Below, one piece after another: positions 1 to 10,479 of a DNA stretch of 64,000 nucleotides. The DNA comes from Lewinellaceae bacterium. GTDB lineage: Bacteria; Bacteroidota; Bacteroidia; Chitinophagales; Saprospiraceae. Position numbers and translations under genes: made by a program. Positions within the stretch are counted from its first letter, which is position 1; every line of letters starts with the position of its first letter. Under the pieces are notes generated by a model that was not told the origin of the DNA, did not search any database, and was given only the letters and a program-made list of their open reading frames with translations. The stretch covers positions 2,269 to 66,268 of the forward strand of contig JBEIGB010000001.1 of NCBI GenBank assembly GCA_040382095.1, written 5' to 3'.

Positions 1-1205
1 TGATCCTCTTCAAAAAAAATAGGCACACCTTCATAAATCAACGATAGTTGACCATTTGCCTCTTCAATTGAAAGGGTGTACTGCGGTACTTGCCCGCGCT
101 TACGCTTCAAAGCCTTATTTATATACCTGAATAAAAAGTAGCCCCCTATAAGCAATAACAAAGGTACCACCCCGACAAGCAGCAGCATTTCCCACCATGG
201 CAGGTAATAACGCTGCGATAACGTAGCGTTGTACTCCAGGTCCCCCCTTGGAATTGCCTCGATTGACAACTGCTCCCGGACATCACCGTTTCGCTTTTTG
301 GCCAGGACAAAATGCTGGTTGATCGGACTATAGGCCCCTCTGAAACGGTATTCGATCGCCTGATTGATCTTTTCTTTCGATTCAAAACAATCCAGCCTGT
401 TCTCCCCAATACACACACGACAAAAATTCCTTTCTTTATCCGGATAGGTCAGATAAGTATATTTTTCGCTGAAAAATAAATTATCCGTCATCGGAATGGA
501 TTCAAATGCAGTCATTAAACCCAGTTTGCGCCATTTCCTGGAAGCCATGTCCAACTCCCAAACATCTTTGTAGCTTTTGTTTTCCGAACGATAAATACTG
601 GGGTTCGTATTTACCACCCCACCCGAAATATAAAACTTGCCATTCCGTGTATCAAATTGATACAGGCTGTGGGAGCGCGCCCCGGGTATCCGCGACTTTT
701 TATCATAATAAAATATGAACCACTGCGGGTTTTTCAGCGAAAATTCCGTCATGTACCCTTTGTACATAAAGAATCCATACCCGCCATAATGGAAAATCCT
801 ATCGCGATAGGAAAAAAATGCACCCCCAAACTGATTTCGGTGGAGAAAGGAACTGTCCACCCTCAGGAGCGAAGAATCCTTGTACATATAAACAATCCCG
901 CCACCATCCCTAAAAAACAAACACTCCCGGTTATTGGGAACAAAACGGATTTCTTCAGGATAGTTGATAAACGGCGTAAGATCGTTGCGCTTATACCGAA
1001 TGGACCGCCACGCCGTATCTTTCCCGGGATTGAACGCATAATACTGGCTGTCCGTGAATACCAGCAAATCCCCGTTCCCGGGATCCACGCCAAAGAAAAA
1101 TCGGATGTGGTCTATAAGTAGGGACTTCCCGTTAACCTGCGGCTCCTGGCTATATACTGCGGCGCTTACCAGCAAAAAACAAATAATGAGGTATCGGCTT
1201 AGCAT
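1..1205 (-). CDS. Membrane-anchored hypothetical protein, 3'-truncated by window edge (signal peptide, Kelch/beta-propeller-like outer region, single TM helix)
   Basis: Absent from the ORF track because it runs off the window. Manual minus-strand translation from ATG at 1205 stays open to position 1 (about 401 codons). It starts MLSRYLIICFLLVSAAVYSQ (signal-like) and has repeated aromatic/Gly blocks (FFSYRDRIFHYGGYGFFMYKGY, GKFYISGGVV). A TM segment WWEMLLLVGVVPLLLLIGGYFLF is followed by KALKRKRG. Track ORF 657..1121 (+) is its antisense shadow. Confidence 0.6.
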   Translation of the reverse strand, partial: MLSRYLIICFLLVSAAVYSQEPQVNGKSLLIDHIRFFFGVDPGNGDLLVFTDSQYYAFNPGKDTAWRSIRYKRNDLTPFINYPEEIRFVPNNRECLFFRDGGGIVYMYKDSSLLRVDSSFLHRNQFGGAFFSYRDRIFHYGGYGFFMYKGYMTEFSLKNPQWFIFYYDKKSRIPGARSHSLYQFDTRNGKFYISGGVVNTNPSIYRSENKSYKDVWELDMASRKWRKLGLMTAFESIPMTDNLFFSEKYTYLTYPDKERNFCRVCIGENRLDCFESKEKINQAIEYRFRGAYSPINQHFVLAKKRNGDVREQLSIEAIPRGDLEYNATLSQRYYLPWWEMLLLVGVVPLLLLIGGYFLFRYINKALKRKRGQVPQYTLSIEEANGQLSLIYEGVPIFFEED

Positions 1206-1286
1206 TCCCCGGATAAATTTAGTAGTCGTAGGTGTCAAAATAGGTTCGGAACAACTGCTGAAAACTATTTCAAAATCAAATTTATT

Positions 1287-1318
1287 GCATTTCCCCTAAT
1301 TTCAAATAGGGGAAATGC
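1287..1318. promoter_or_regulatory. Perfect 11-bp inverted repeat GCATTTCCCCT-N10-AGGGGAAATGC in the divergent intergenic region upstream of uvrB
   Basis: Read directly: 1287-1297 is the reverse complement of 1308-1318. The half-site TTCCCCTAATTT recurs as a direct repeat at 1291-1302 and 1322-1333. No gene ends here, so an operator is more likely than a terminator. Confidence 0.4.
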
Positions 1319-1635
1319 GGGTTCCCCTAATTTTTCTTGCAAGTTACTTTAACAATTTTTAACTTTCCACATCATTTCGATTTTTTACTTACTCCGTGAA
1401 AATCAAACGCCTGTTTCTCAGAATATTTTTCAACGACCAAACACGATATCCTTTTGTCAGCCCCATAATTGATCATACCTGATTTTGACAAACTTTCATT
1501 ATTATTTCAGGGAGTCATCCCTGGTAAAACTAACCCCACCCATTTTTTCCAGGCCATACCTTTTTTCAGGCCTGTACGGAAATTTATGGCACCTCGTTGA
1601 ACCGGCGAAATAGTGCTTCCGTTCTATATTTTGCC

Positions 1636-3657
1636 ATGCAATTCAAACTCACTTCCAATTATCGCCCTACCGGCGACCAGCCAACGGCTATCGAACAGCT
1701 TTGCGCCGGAATCAAAACAGGGGCACCTTCCCAGGTACTTCTCGGTGTAACCGGGTCCGGGAAAACCTTTACAATCGCCAATGTCATCGAACGCATACAA
1801 AAACCTACCCTGGTACTGACCCACAACAAAACCCTTACCGCTCAGCTATACAGCGAGTTTTGTGAGTTTTTCCCCGATAATGCAGTAGAATACTTCGTCT
1901 CCTATTACGATTACTACCAGCCGGAAGCTTATATCTCCGTTACCGATACTTATATCGAAAAAGACCTCGCCATCAACGAAGAAGTGGATAAACTTCGTCT
2001 GAGGGCTACCTCCTCCCTGCTCTCGGGAAGAAGAGACGTGATTATCGTTGCCTCTGTCTCCTGTATCTATGGTATGGGCAACCCGGAAGACTACAAAACC
2101 GGGATCATCCGGATCCGTAAAGGTCAAACCATTACCCGGAACAGTTTCCTGCTCCGGCTCGTGGAAAGTCTCTACTCCCGCACCGAAACCGACTTCCGCC
2201 GCGCTACCTTCCGCGTCAGGGGCGATACCGTTGATATCAACCTTCCTTATGTGGACTTCGGCTACCGCATCACTTTCTTCGGCGATGAAATCGAGGAAAT
2301 CGAACAAATCGAAATAGAAAGTGGCAAACGCATCGAACGCATGGAGGTAGCCGCTATCTTTCCCGCTAACCTCTACATCGCACCCAGGGAACGCATCCAC
2401 CATATTATTCGCGAAATCGAAGACGAACTCTACAGCCAGGAAAAATATTTCGAACGCGAAGGAAAACTCCTCGAAGCCCGCCGTATCCACGAACGCACGA
2501 CCTTCGATCTCGAAATGATCAAAGAACTCGGATATTGCAGCGGCATCGAAAACTACTCCCGCTTCTTTGACGGAAGGCTCCCCGGTACCCGACCTTTCTG
2601 CCTCCTGGATTACTTTCCCGATGACTATCTCATGGTCATTGACGAAAGCCACGTCACCGTCCCACAGGTAAGAGGCATGTATGGCGGCGACCGCGCCAGA
2701 AAACTCAGCCTTGTCAACTTCGGCTTCCGCCTACCCTCCGCAATTGACAACCGCCCCCTTAATTTCCCGGAATTCGAAAGCCTGATCAATCAGGTCGTAT
2801 TCGTCAGTGCTACCCCGGGAGACTATGAGCTCGAAAAAACCGGCGGCCTTATCGTAGAACAACTCATCCGACCTACCGGCCTGCTCGATCCCCCCATCGA
2901 AGTCCGTCCCAGCCTTAACCAAATTGATGACCTGCTCGAAGAGATCAACGAAAGAATCAAACGACAGGAAAGGGTACTCGTTACTACCCTTACAAAACGC
3001 ATGGCAGAAGAACTGTCCAAATACCTCGCCAAAATCGGCATTAAAGTGCGCTATATCCACTCCGAAGTCGAAACCATGGAACGCGTCGAAATTATCCGCG
3101 ACCTCCGGCTCGGCGGATTTGATGTACTCGTCGGCGTAAACCTCCTCCGCGAAGGCCTCGACCTGCCGGAAGTATCCCTGGTAGCCATCCTCGATGCCGA
3201 TAAAGAAGGCTTCCTCCGAAACGACAGATCCCTCACCCAGACCGCAGGACGCGCCGCCCGTAATGCCAACGGCCTCGTCATCTTCTATGCAGATACCATC
3301 ACCGATTCTATGCGCAAAACCATTGACGAAACCCTGCGCCGAAGGTCTATTCAAATGGACTATAACCAAACCAACGGAATCACCCCAACCACCGTATTCA
3401 AATCCCGCGAAGAAATCCTCAACCAAAAATCCATACTCGATATCCGGGGAAAAGCCAATGCTTATGTCGAACCCGAAAAACCCGACATCGCCGCCGACCC
3501 CGTAATCAACTACCTGTCCCGCGAACAACTGGAAAAATATATCGCCGAAACAGAAAAGAAAATGAAACAGGCAGCAAAAGACCTCGACTTCGTCTCCGCC
3601 GCCCAATTCCGGGATGAACTGCTCGCCCTGCGCGAAAAACTGCGGCTCGCTGTTTAG
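1636..3657 (+). CDS. uvrB: Excinuclease ABC subunit B
   Basis: Track ORF 1597..3657. It shows [22 protein letters not shown], Walker [13 protein letters not shown] box, helicase motifs, and a C-terminal UVR motif [15 protein letters not shown]. Start trimmed to the conserved ATG at 1636. Confidence 0.97.
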   Translation: MQFKLTSNYRPTGDQPTAIEQLCAGIKTGAPSQVLLGVTGSGKTFTIANVIERIQKPTLVLTHNKTLTAQLYSEFCEFFPDNAVEYFVSYYDYYQPEAYISVTDTYIEKDLAINEEVDKLRLRATSSLLSGRRDVIIVASVSCIYGMGNPEDYKTGIIRIRKGQTITRNSFLLRLVESLYSRTETDFRRATFRVRGDTVDINLPYVDFGYRITFFGDEIEEIEQIEIESGKRIERMEVAAIFPANLYIAPRERIHHIIREIEDELYSQEKYFEREGKLLEARRIHERTTFDLEMIKELGYCSGIENYSRFFDGRLPGTRPFCLLDYFPDDYLMVIDESHVTVPQVRGMYGGDRARKLSLVNFGFRLPSAIDNRPLNFPEFESLINQVVFVSATPGDYELEKTGGLIVEQLIRPTGLLDPPIEVRPSLNQIDDLLEEINERIKRQERVLVTTLTKRMAEELSKYLAKIGIKVRYIHSEVETMERVEIIRDLRLGGFDVLVGVNLLREGLDLPEVSLVAILDADKEGFLRNDRSLTQTAGRAARNANGLVIFYADTITDSMRKTIDETLRRRSIQMDYNQTNGITPTTVFKSREEILNQKSILDIRGKANAYVEPEKPDIAADPVINYLSREQLEKYIAETEKKMKQAAKDLDFVSAAQFRDELLALREKLRLAV

Positions 3658-3776
3658 TTTTCTACCCCTTCTCTTCATTTCCCCGCTCCCAAGGCAGCCG
3701 CCAACAAAAAATTCCTTATTTTTGGTTCTGAACTACCTTTAAAAGCACCCGTTTCACCTCAATTTGTCTTCCTACA

Positions 3777-6641
3777 ATGGATATACTCTACTATACCGAT
3801 ATTGATTCCTCAAAAATCAAAAAACAGTTTAGCAAAGTCGTCACCCAACTCCAAAATGGAAATTTCAGCGGAGCAGATGTAAAAAAAATGGCCAACACCG
3901 GCTTATACCGGGCAAAACTCGATGACGCAAGCCGGCTTATTTTCCGCTTCGCACGGTTCGGGAATAAAAAATTCCTCCTCTTACTCGAAGTGGTCATGCA
4001 CCACGATTATGCATCCTCCAGGTTCCTTAACAGGGCCGAAGTGGACGAAAGTAAACTACTCCCGATTGCCAAACCCGAGCAAATGGCAGAAGAAGATTTT
4101 TTCCCGCTGCCTTATGTGAACCCCAAATCCGCTTATTTCCACCTCCTCGATAAGGTCATATCCTTCGATGATGACCAGGATTCCATATTCCGCCTCCCAC
4201 CACCCGTGATTATTATCGGCTCTGCCGGAAGCGGAAAAACCGCCCTTACCCTCGAAAAAATCAAAACCCTGCGCGGTACTGTCCTCTATGTCACCCTTTC
4301 CCCCTTCCTCGTCGAAAACTCTCAGCAACTCTATGCCTCCAATAACTACAGCAATGAAAGTCACGAAGTAGATTTTCTCTCGTTTAAAGAGTTCCTGGAA
4401 ACCCTCCGCATACCCCCGGGCCGCGAAATATCCTTCCGCGTATTCGACGGCTGGTTCTCGCGACACCGAAATACCCTCAAAACCCGCGATAGCTATAAAG
4501 TATATGAAGAATTTAAAGGTGTACTCGTCGGTATGAATACAGACCAACCCCACCTCTCCCGCCAACAATATATATCCCTCGGAATCCGCCAGTCCGTTTT
4601 TCCTCCAGATGAAAGACCCCAAATCTATGACCTCTTCGAAAAATATCTCCGCTTCCTCAACGAAAACAACTACTATGACCCCAGTATGATCGCTGTCCAA
4701 TGGCAGCCACTTTGCCTACCTAAATACGACTTCATCATCGTGGACGAAGTACAGGACCTCACCAATGCCCAGCTCTTCCTCTTGTTGAAATCCCTCAAAA
4801 CAACAGGCAATTTTATCCTCTGTGGCGACTCCAACCAAATCGTCCACCCTAATTACTTCTCCTGGGCCAATGTCAAATCCATGTTCTATTCCCAGGATGC
4901 AATGCCTGATGATGTACGAATACTCCACGCTAACTACAGAAACTCCCCACAAGTGACTGAAGTGGCCAACCGTATCCTGAAAATCAAAAATGCCCGCTTC
5001 GGCTCTATAGACCGCGAAAGTACATACCTCGTACGGCCCGTCTCCCAAAAATCCGGAGAAGTCGTTTTCCTCCCCGATAACCCTCAGATCAAACAGGAAC
5101 TCAACAGGAAAACTTTCAAGTCTGCCCAATTCGCTGTAATCGTAATGAACCAGGAAGATAAAGCAGAAGCCGCAAAAGCTTTCCAAACACCACTCCTCTT
5201 CTCTATCCAGGAAGCAAAAGGCCTCGAATATGAAAATATCATCCTCGTGAACTTTGTCTCCCAGTATGCCCGCGAATTTATGGACATCGCCAACGGCGTC
5301 ACCCCGGAAGACCTCGAAACTGACGAACTTAGGTACGCCCGCGCCAAAGATAAATCCGATAAATCCCTCGATGCTTATAAATTCTATGTCAACTCCCTCT
5401 ACGTGGCAATCACCCGAGCTGTCAGAAATCTCTATATCCTCGAAAATGCCCGCAAACACCCTTTGCTCGATTTACTCGGCTTTGGCGACCAACGCCAAAA
5501 ACTCGATATGAAAGAATCCCAGTCTTCTATCGAAGAATGGCAACAGGAAGCGCGCCGCCTCGAACAACAAGGCAAATTAGAACAAGCCGAACGCATCCAC
5601 CACTCTATACTCAAAACCCAAAAAACCCCCTGGATTCCTATCACCCTCTCAGAACTCACCAAAATTAAAGCAGAAGCCCTCAACCCTGAATTGTTCAACA
5701 AAAAAGCTAAAGACCGCTTATTTGATTTCGCACTGATCTATCACGACAACGCAACCATCAAAAAGCTCTCCGAACTGAAATATCGCCGCGCCGACAAAGC
5801 AAGTGAAGAACGAAACGCAATCTTCCGCCGTGGATATGCCATGTATAAAGCTGACGACATCAAAAAAATTAACGAAAACATCAAAAAATATGGCATCAAC
5901 TACCGGGACGAGTTCAATCTGACCCCATTGCTCGCAGCAGCCAAAACCGGCGCCATTAAAATCACCCACTTCCTGGTCGAACAAGGCGCCGATATCCATG
6001 CATGCGACAACTTCGGCGCCAACGCTTTCCGTATCGCTTTTCAATCTGCCGTCACCAACCCCAAATTCCTGAGCAACCAATTCCCTTCCCTCTATTCAAG
6101 CCTCCGACCGGACTTCCTTAAGGTCAAAGTGGAAGGACATCTCGTTAAAATCCACGCCAGAAGCGCCGAATTCTTTCTCTTCCATCTCTTCCTCGCCGTT
6201 CAGCCTGTCGTCGTATTTAAAAAAGAAGAACACCAGGACCAGGGTATGCTCATGGACGATGTTACCCATGCCACCGCTTCCTTCCCCGACCTTATCCTGC
6301 CCCAATATCGCAAAAAACGCAACTACCTCAATGCCATGCTCTCTAAAAACGAAATTGACCGCGACGACCCCTACAATAAAAAATTATTCCTCCGCATCAA
6401 CAGAGGGGCCTATGTGCTCAACCCCGATCTGGAAATACTGGCGGACGAGGAAACCTGGATGAACGTTTATGATATTATGCTCATCCCTAAAATGACCCGG
6501 GAAAAAAATCAGGAAATCCTGTCAGAAGGCCACCGAAAACTCCACCAAAAATACCAGGAACACAACCGGATGCTTAGAGAAAAAATGCTCGCCCAGCGTA
6601 AAAAAGATGAAGAAGAATGGCGAAAACGCTGGAATTGGTAA
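3777..6641 (+). CDS. SF1 (UvrD/REP-like) helicase with N-terminal RelE/ParE-like domain and C-terminal ankyrin-repeat region
   Basis: Helicase motifs: Walker A IIIGSAGSGKT, motif II FIIVDEVQDL, CGDSNQ, YRNS, and C-terminal VAITRA. The N-terminal 80 aa show a RelE/ParE-type pattern (LYRAKLDDASRLIFRF...KFLLLLEVVMHHDY). An ANK-like repeat is present (NLTPLLAAAKTGAIKITHFLVEQGADIHACDNFGANAF). Confidence 0.8.
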   Translation: MDILYYTDIDSSKIKKQFSKVVTQLQNGNFSGADVKKMANTGLYRAKLDDASRLIFRFARFGNKKFLLLLEVVMHHDYASSRFLNRAEVDESKLLPIAKPEQMAEEDFFPLPYVNPKSAYFHLLDKVISFDDDQDSIFRLPPPVIIIGSAGSGKTALTLEKIKTLRGTVLYVTLSPFLVENSQQLYASNNYSNESHEVDFLSFKEFLETLRIPPGREISFRVFDGWFSRHRNTLKTRDSYKVYEEFKGVLVGMNTDQPHLSRQQYISLGIRQSVFPPDERPQIYDLFEKYLRFLNENNYYDPSMIAVQWQPLCLPKYDFIIVDEVQDLTNAQLFLLLKSLKTTGNFILCGDSNQIVHPNYFSWANVKSMFYSQDAMPDDVRILHANYRNSPQVTEVANRILKIKNARFGSIDRESTYLVRPVSQKSGEVVFLPDNPQIKQELNRKTFKSAQFAVIVMNQEDKAEAAKAFQTPLLFSIQEAKGLEYENIILVNFVSQYAREFMDIANGVTPEDLETDELRYARAKDKSDKSLDAYKFYVNSLYVAITRAVRNLYILENARKHPLLDLLGFGDQRQKLDMKESQSSIEEWQQEARRLEQQGKLEQAERIHHSILKTQKTPWIPITLSELTKIKAEALNPELFNKKAKDRLFDFALIYHDNATIKKLSELKYRRADKASEERNAIFRRGYAMYKADDIKKINENIKKYGINYRDEFNLTPLLAAAKTGAIKITHFLVEQGADIHACDNFGANAFRIAFQSAVTNPKFLSNQFPSLYSSLRPDFLKVKVEGHLVKIHARSAEFFLFHLFLAVQPVVVFKKEEHQDQGMLMDDVTHATASFPDLILPQYRKKRNYLNAMLSKNEIDRDDPYNKKLFLRINRGAYVLNPDLEILADEETWMNVYDIMLIPKMTREKNQEILSEGHRKLHQKYQEHNRMLREKMLAQRKKDEEEWRKRWNW

Positions 6642-6670
6642 TGACAAACCAATGATTAACAATTTTTTAT

Positions 6671-9418
6671 ATGGAAATCTTACCGCCCAAACACAGCGCA
6701 CATCTATCTATCGAAAACCAAGGTATTCAGAAAAATAAGGACGACCTGAAAGAAATCCTTCTGCTGTTCCGCGAAGTTCTGCTCTCCCTGGGAGAAACCG
6801 AAGTCGCCGCCGCCGTCCCGGTGGACGGAATGGAAAATAGCAAAAACAGCCCGCCCATAAATCCCGGTACCGATGAAAAACTCATCCAGGCCCTGAGTAT
6901 CTCTTTCCAGCTTATGAACCTGGTAGAAGAAAATACCTCCGTCCAGTTTCGCCGAAAACTGGAAAATGCACTCGGCATCCCGGCAATCCGCGGCTCCTGG
7001 GGGCAAACCTTTCAACGATTGAAAAAACTCGGCCTCGAAGAAGATCAAATCGCCACCCTGCTCCCCAAAATCTCCGTGACCCCCGTCCTCACCGCACACC
7101 CCACCGAGGCTAAACGTATCTCTATCCTCGAACTCCACCGGGAAATCTACCTCCTCCTCGTAAAAAAAGAAAATTCCACCTGGTCCGACTCCGAACGCAC
7201 TGCAATTGACGAAGATATTAAAGCCCTACTCGAGTGCTGGTGGCGTACCGGCGAAGTCAATCTCGAAAAACCCGATGTGGTCTCCGAGCGAAATAATGTT
7301 ATGTATTATTTCTCAAAGGTCTTCCCCCTTGCCCTCGCCCAAAGCGACAGACGCCTCAAGTACGCATGGAAAGATGCCGGGTTTAGTCCCGACAAACTCC
7401 TTTTTCCCGAACAATTCCCCATCCTGCGTTTCGGTAGCTGGGTAGGTGGCGATCGAGATGGCCATCCCTATGTCAACGCCGCCGTTACCAAAAGTACTTT
7501 GCAGGAACATCGAACCGCCGCCCTCCGCATCCTGCAAAAACAAATCAACGACCTCGCAGCCAGAATCAGCTTCTCCGAATACATCAACCCTGTACCCAAT
7601 ACCCTCCGCTCAACCATCGAACAGTGGCAGCAAACACTGGGTGTGGCCGGCATATCCGCCGTGAATCGAAACCCCAAAGAACCCTGGAGACAATTTCTTA
7701 GCCTCGTCTGGCTCAAACTTGAAAATACCATCGCAGGTATCCATCAAAACCCAACCGTAGCCTATCCCTCACCATCCCACCTCCTGGCCGACCTGCGCAT
7801 ATTCAGGGAGAGCCTCCTCGCTATCGGCGCTAATCGCATCGCTCAAGACCTCCTCTTTCCGGTAGAAAGGCAGGTACAATGCTTCGGCTTCCACCTGGCA
7901 AGCCTCGATATCCGCCAAAACAGCAGCTTCCACGAAATAGCCCTCGAACAAATTCTCGCCGCCGCTGCAATCCCCGACTACAAATATGCCGAATGGCTCG
8001 AAAACATACGGGTCGCATTCCTGACCCATGAGCTGAATGGTAAAAGACCTTTCCTCACCGCCCACGCATCGGCAGGTAGAGAAGCCGACGAACTGTTGGC
8101 TTACTACAGGGCCACCCAGGAACATATCTCCGCTTTTGGCCCTGAAGGTGTCGGAGCTTTTATCGTCAGTATGACCCGCAGCCTCAGCGACTTACTCGTC
8201 GTTTTTATCTTCATGCGGGAAGTAGGTATGCCCGATTTCCCCATTCAGGTCGTACCCCTCTTCGAAACAATCGAAGACCTCCGCAATGCCCCAGCAATCC
8301 TCGATGCTTTCCTCTCCCATCCCGCAGTGATAAAACACCACAATAAAACCGGACAGCTCCAGGAGGTCATGCTCGGATACAGCGATAGCAATAAAGACGG
8401 CGGTATCCTCGCCAGCCGCTGGGAAATCTACAAGGCCGAATGGGCCCTCTCCAATGTAGCTACTAAACATGGCATCCAACTCTGCATCTTCCACGGAATC
8501 GGCGGAACCATCAGCAGAGGGGGCGGAAAATACCACCGCTTCCTCGAAAGTATGCCCCCAGGGTCGGTCAATGGACAAATTAAACTTACCGTTCAAGGCG
8601 AAACCATTGCCCAACAATTCGCCAATATGCTCAACGCTACCTACAACCTCGAAATGCTCCTCGCTGGCACCGCCCTGCAATCCGCCCTCCCGCTTCCAGA
8701 CAACCCCGCACCAGAAAATATCGCCGACGCCATGGAATCCCTGGCTCTCCACTCCCTCGAAAAATATCAGCGCCTCATCCTCCATCCCGACTTTATCCAG
8801 TTCCATAGCCAGGCAACCCCCATTGACGTCCTCGAGCAAAGCAGGATAGGTTCCAGGCCTTCACGCCGTTCCGGCAAACGCACCCTCGCCGACCTGCGCG
8901 CAATCCCCTGGGTATTCAGCTGGAACCAGTCCAGGTTCAACCTCACCGCCTGGTATGGCGTCGGATATGCCCTCCAGTCCCTCCAACTTCACGACCCTGA
9001 CAAATACCTCCAAATCCAGAAACTCGCCGATAAATGGCCCTTCCTGCGCTACTCCCTCATCCATGTCGAAACGAATCTCCTCAATGCCGATCCGCTCATG
9101 ATGAAAGCCTACGCAGGCCTCTCCAATGACCCCGGAACCAGCAACCCATTCCTGGAAAATATCCTCGAAGAATTCAATCAAACCCTCCTGCAAATAACAA
9201 AACTATTTGGCTCCGCCGCCGAAAAACGCCGCTTGACCCTGCTCGAAAATGTCAATCGCCGCCAACAAACCCTCCGCTATCTCAACCAACTTCAAGTCGA
9301 AAATATTAAGCACTGGAGAGCTGTCGGGCAATCTTCACCAGATTCCTCAGCACCATTGCTCAATAAATTGCTCCTGATTACCACCGCAATCTCCGGTGGC
9401 CTGAAAAATACCGGTTAA
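6671..9418 (+). CDS. ppc: Phosphoenolpyruvate carboxylase
   Basis: Hallmark motifs VLTAHPTEAKR, GYSDSNKDGG and FHGIGGTISRGGG, plus the C-terminal ...NTG. Length is 915 aa. Confidence 0.95.
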   Translation: MEILPPKHSAHLSIENQGIQKNKDDLKEILLLFREVLLSLGETEVAAAVPVDGMENSKNSPPINPGTDEKLIQALSISFQLMNLVEENTSVQFRRKLENALGIPAIRGSWGQTFQRLKKLGLEEDQIATLLPKISVTPVLTAHPTEAKRISILELHREIYLLLVKKENSTWSDSERTAIDEDIKALLECWWRTGEVNLEKPDVVSERNNVMYYFSKVFPLALAQSDRRLKYAWKDAGFSPDKLLFPEQFPILRFGSWVGGDRDGHPYVNAAVTKSTLQEHRTAALRILQKQINDLAARISFSEYINPVPNTLRSTIEQWQQTLGVAGISAVNRNPKEPWRQFLSLVWLKLENTIAGIHQNPTVAYPSPSHLLADLRIFRESLLAIGANRIAQDLLFPVERQVQCFGFHLASLDIRQNSSFHEIALEQILAAAAIPDYKYAEWLENIRVAFLTHELNGKRPFLTAHASAGREADELLAYYRATQEHISAFGPEGVGAFIVSMTRSLSDLLVVFIFMREVGMPDFPIQVVPLFETIEDLRNAPAILDAFLSHPAVIKHHNKTGQLQEVMLGYSDSNKDGGILASRWEIYKAEWALSNVATKHGIQLCIFHGIGGTISRGGGKYHRFLESMPPGSVNGQIKLTVQGETIAQQFANMLNATYNLEMLLAGTALQSALPLPDNPAPENIADAMESLALHSLEKYQRLILHPDFIQFHSQATPIDVLEQSRIGSRPSRRSGKRTLADLRAIPWVFSWNQSRFNLTAWYGVGYALQSLQLHDPDKYLQIQKLADKWPFLRYSLIHVETNLLNADPLMMKAYAGLSNDPGTSNPFLENILEEFNQTLLQITKLFGSAAEKRRLTLLENVNRRQQTLRYLNQLQVENIKHWRAVGQSSPDSSAPLLNKLLLITTAISGGLKNTG

Positions 9419-9470
9419 TATTTGCACAGTCAAAATTTATATTTTAACTTTGTATTATAAAGTACTTTTT

Positions 9471-10094
9471 ATGAATTCTTCCAAAATACAGGATGACCTC
9501 TCGGAAATCCGCTCTATCATGGAGCGCTCTACTAAATTCCTTTCCCTCAGCCCCTGGTCGGCAATCATGGCAGGGATTTACGCCCTCGCAGGTACCGCAA
9601 TTGCCTTCCCGATGATTTATTCACCAGGCGGACAGGACAACCTGAACCCCGGCTCCCCCAATACCCTGCTTCTGGCCGCCATCGCAACAATCGTCTTGAT
9701 TACAGCAGCAATTACTGCCATAGCTGTAAACCATATAAAAGCAAAAAAAGCAGGGCACAACCTCTGGAACGCTCCGGCCAAAAGAGCTTTTATCAATTTT
9801 TCTATCCCCATGGCCGCCGGTGGTATTTTCTCCATAACCCTCTTTATTCAGGGATATTTTAGCCTGATTGCAGCCTCTACCCTGATCTTTTACGGCCTCG
9901 CCCTGGTCAATGCAGGCAATTTCACTTTTGCTGATATCCGGATACTTGGCTTGTGGCAACTCGCCCTGGGACTGCTCGCCGCTATTTTCCCATTTTATGG
10001 CCTCCTGATCTGGGCAACCGGATTTGGGCTCCTGCACCTGGCTTACGGCGGTATCCTTTATTGGAAATACGATCGAAAATCCGGCCAACCGTGA
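9471..10094 (+). CDS. Multi-pass membrane protein, function unknown
   Basis: Track ORF 9450..10094 trimmed to the ATG at 9471 (MNSSKIQDDLSEIRSIMERS...). About 5 hydrophobic helices. Its stop overlaps the next gene's start (GTGA). Confidence 0.6.
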   Translation: MNSSKIQDDLSEIRSIMERSTKFLSLSPWSAIMAGIYALAGTAIAFPMIYSPGGQDNLNPGSPNTLLLAAIATIVLITAAITAIAVNHIKAKKAGHNLWNAPAKRAFINFSIPMAAGGIFSITLFIQGYFSLIAASTLIFYGLALVNAGNFTFADIRILGLWQLALGLLAAIFPFYGLLIWATGFGLLHLAYGGILYWKYDRKSGQP

Positions 10095-10387
10095 AAAATT
10101 ACCTGCAGGACCTGAATAAAGCCTTTGAAAGCCGTGCCCGCCTGGGGATTATGTCCTCCCTTATGGTCAACGATTTTATGGACTTCAATGCCCTCAAGGA
10201 ACTCCTCGAACTCACCGATGGCAACCTGGCAGGCCATACCCGCGCCCTGGAGCTCGCCGGCTACCTCCGGGTCGAAAAATCTTTTGTAGGACGAAAACCC
10301 AACACCCGCTTCTCGATTACCCCGGAAGGCCGCGTCGCTTTCGAACAACATCTCGAAGCCCTCGAAAAAATCATCCGGAACCTTTAG
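10091..10387 (+). CDS. Small winged-helix (HTH_34/ArsR-like) transcriptional regulator
   Basis: Sequence VKNYLQDLNKAFESRARLGIMSSLMV...FNALKELLELTDGNLAGHTRALELAGYLRVEKSFVGRKPNTRFSITPEGRVAFEQHLEAL. The GTG at 10091 overlaps the upstream TGA. The 5' part of track ORF 9953..10387 overlaps the upstream gene and was trimmed. Confidence 0.7.
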   Translation: MKNYLQDLNKAFESRARLGIMSSLMVNDFMDFNALKELLELTDGNLAGHTRALELAGYLRVEKSFVGRKPNTRFSITPEGRVAFEQHLEALEKIIRNL

Positions 10388-10479
10388 ACTGGCCTAAAGG
10401 ATATTCACCATTTTCTTCCCTGCCCACCCAGATTTACCTCTGGCCATGGGCATAAAACGCTACTCTTAAACAAACTATC

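Noticed and set aside
657-1121. 154-aa plus-strand ORF (and 146..418, 863..1093, 1054..1299) at the left edge.
   Set aside because: The minus strand is open from 1205 to the window edge. It has a credible signal peptide, repeats and a TM helix. The listed ORFs lie inside or antisense to that gene.
1597-1635. Upstream TTG/GTG-initiated N-terminal extensions in the ORF track (uvrB 1597, atpD 47568, DUF5606 19078, dtd 61953, BamA-like 57488, PrsW 60315, PP2C 60399, CBS 58182, ctaA 62443, GT2 47643).
   Set aside because: In each case an internal ATG coincides with the conserved N-terminus of the family, or with a signal peptide. The extension has non-protein-like sequence or overlaps a neighbouring feature.
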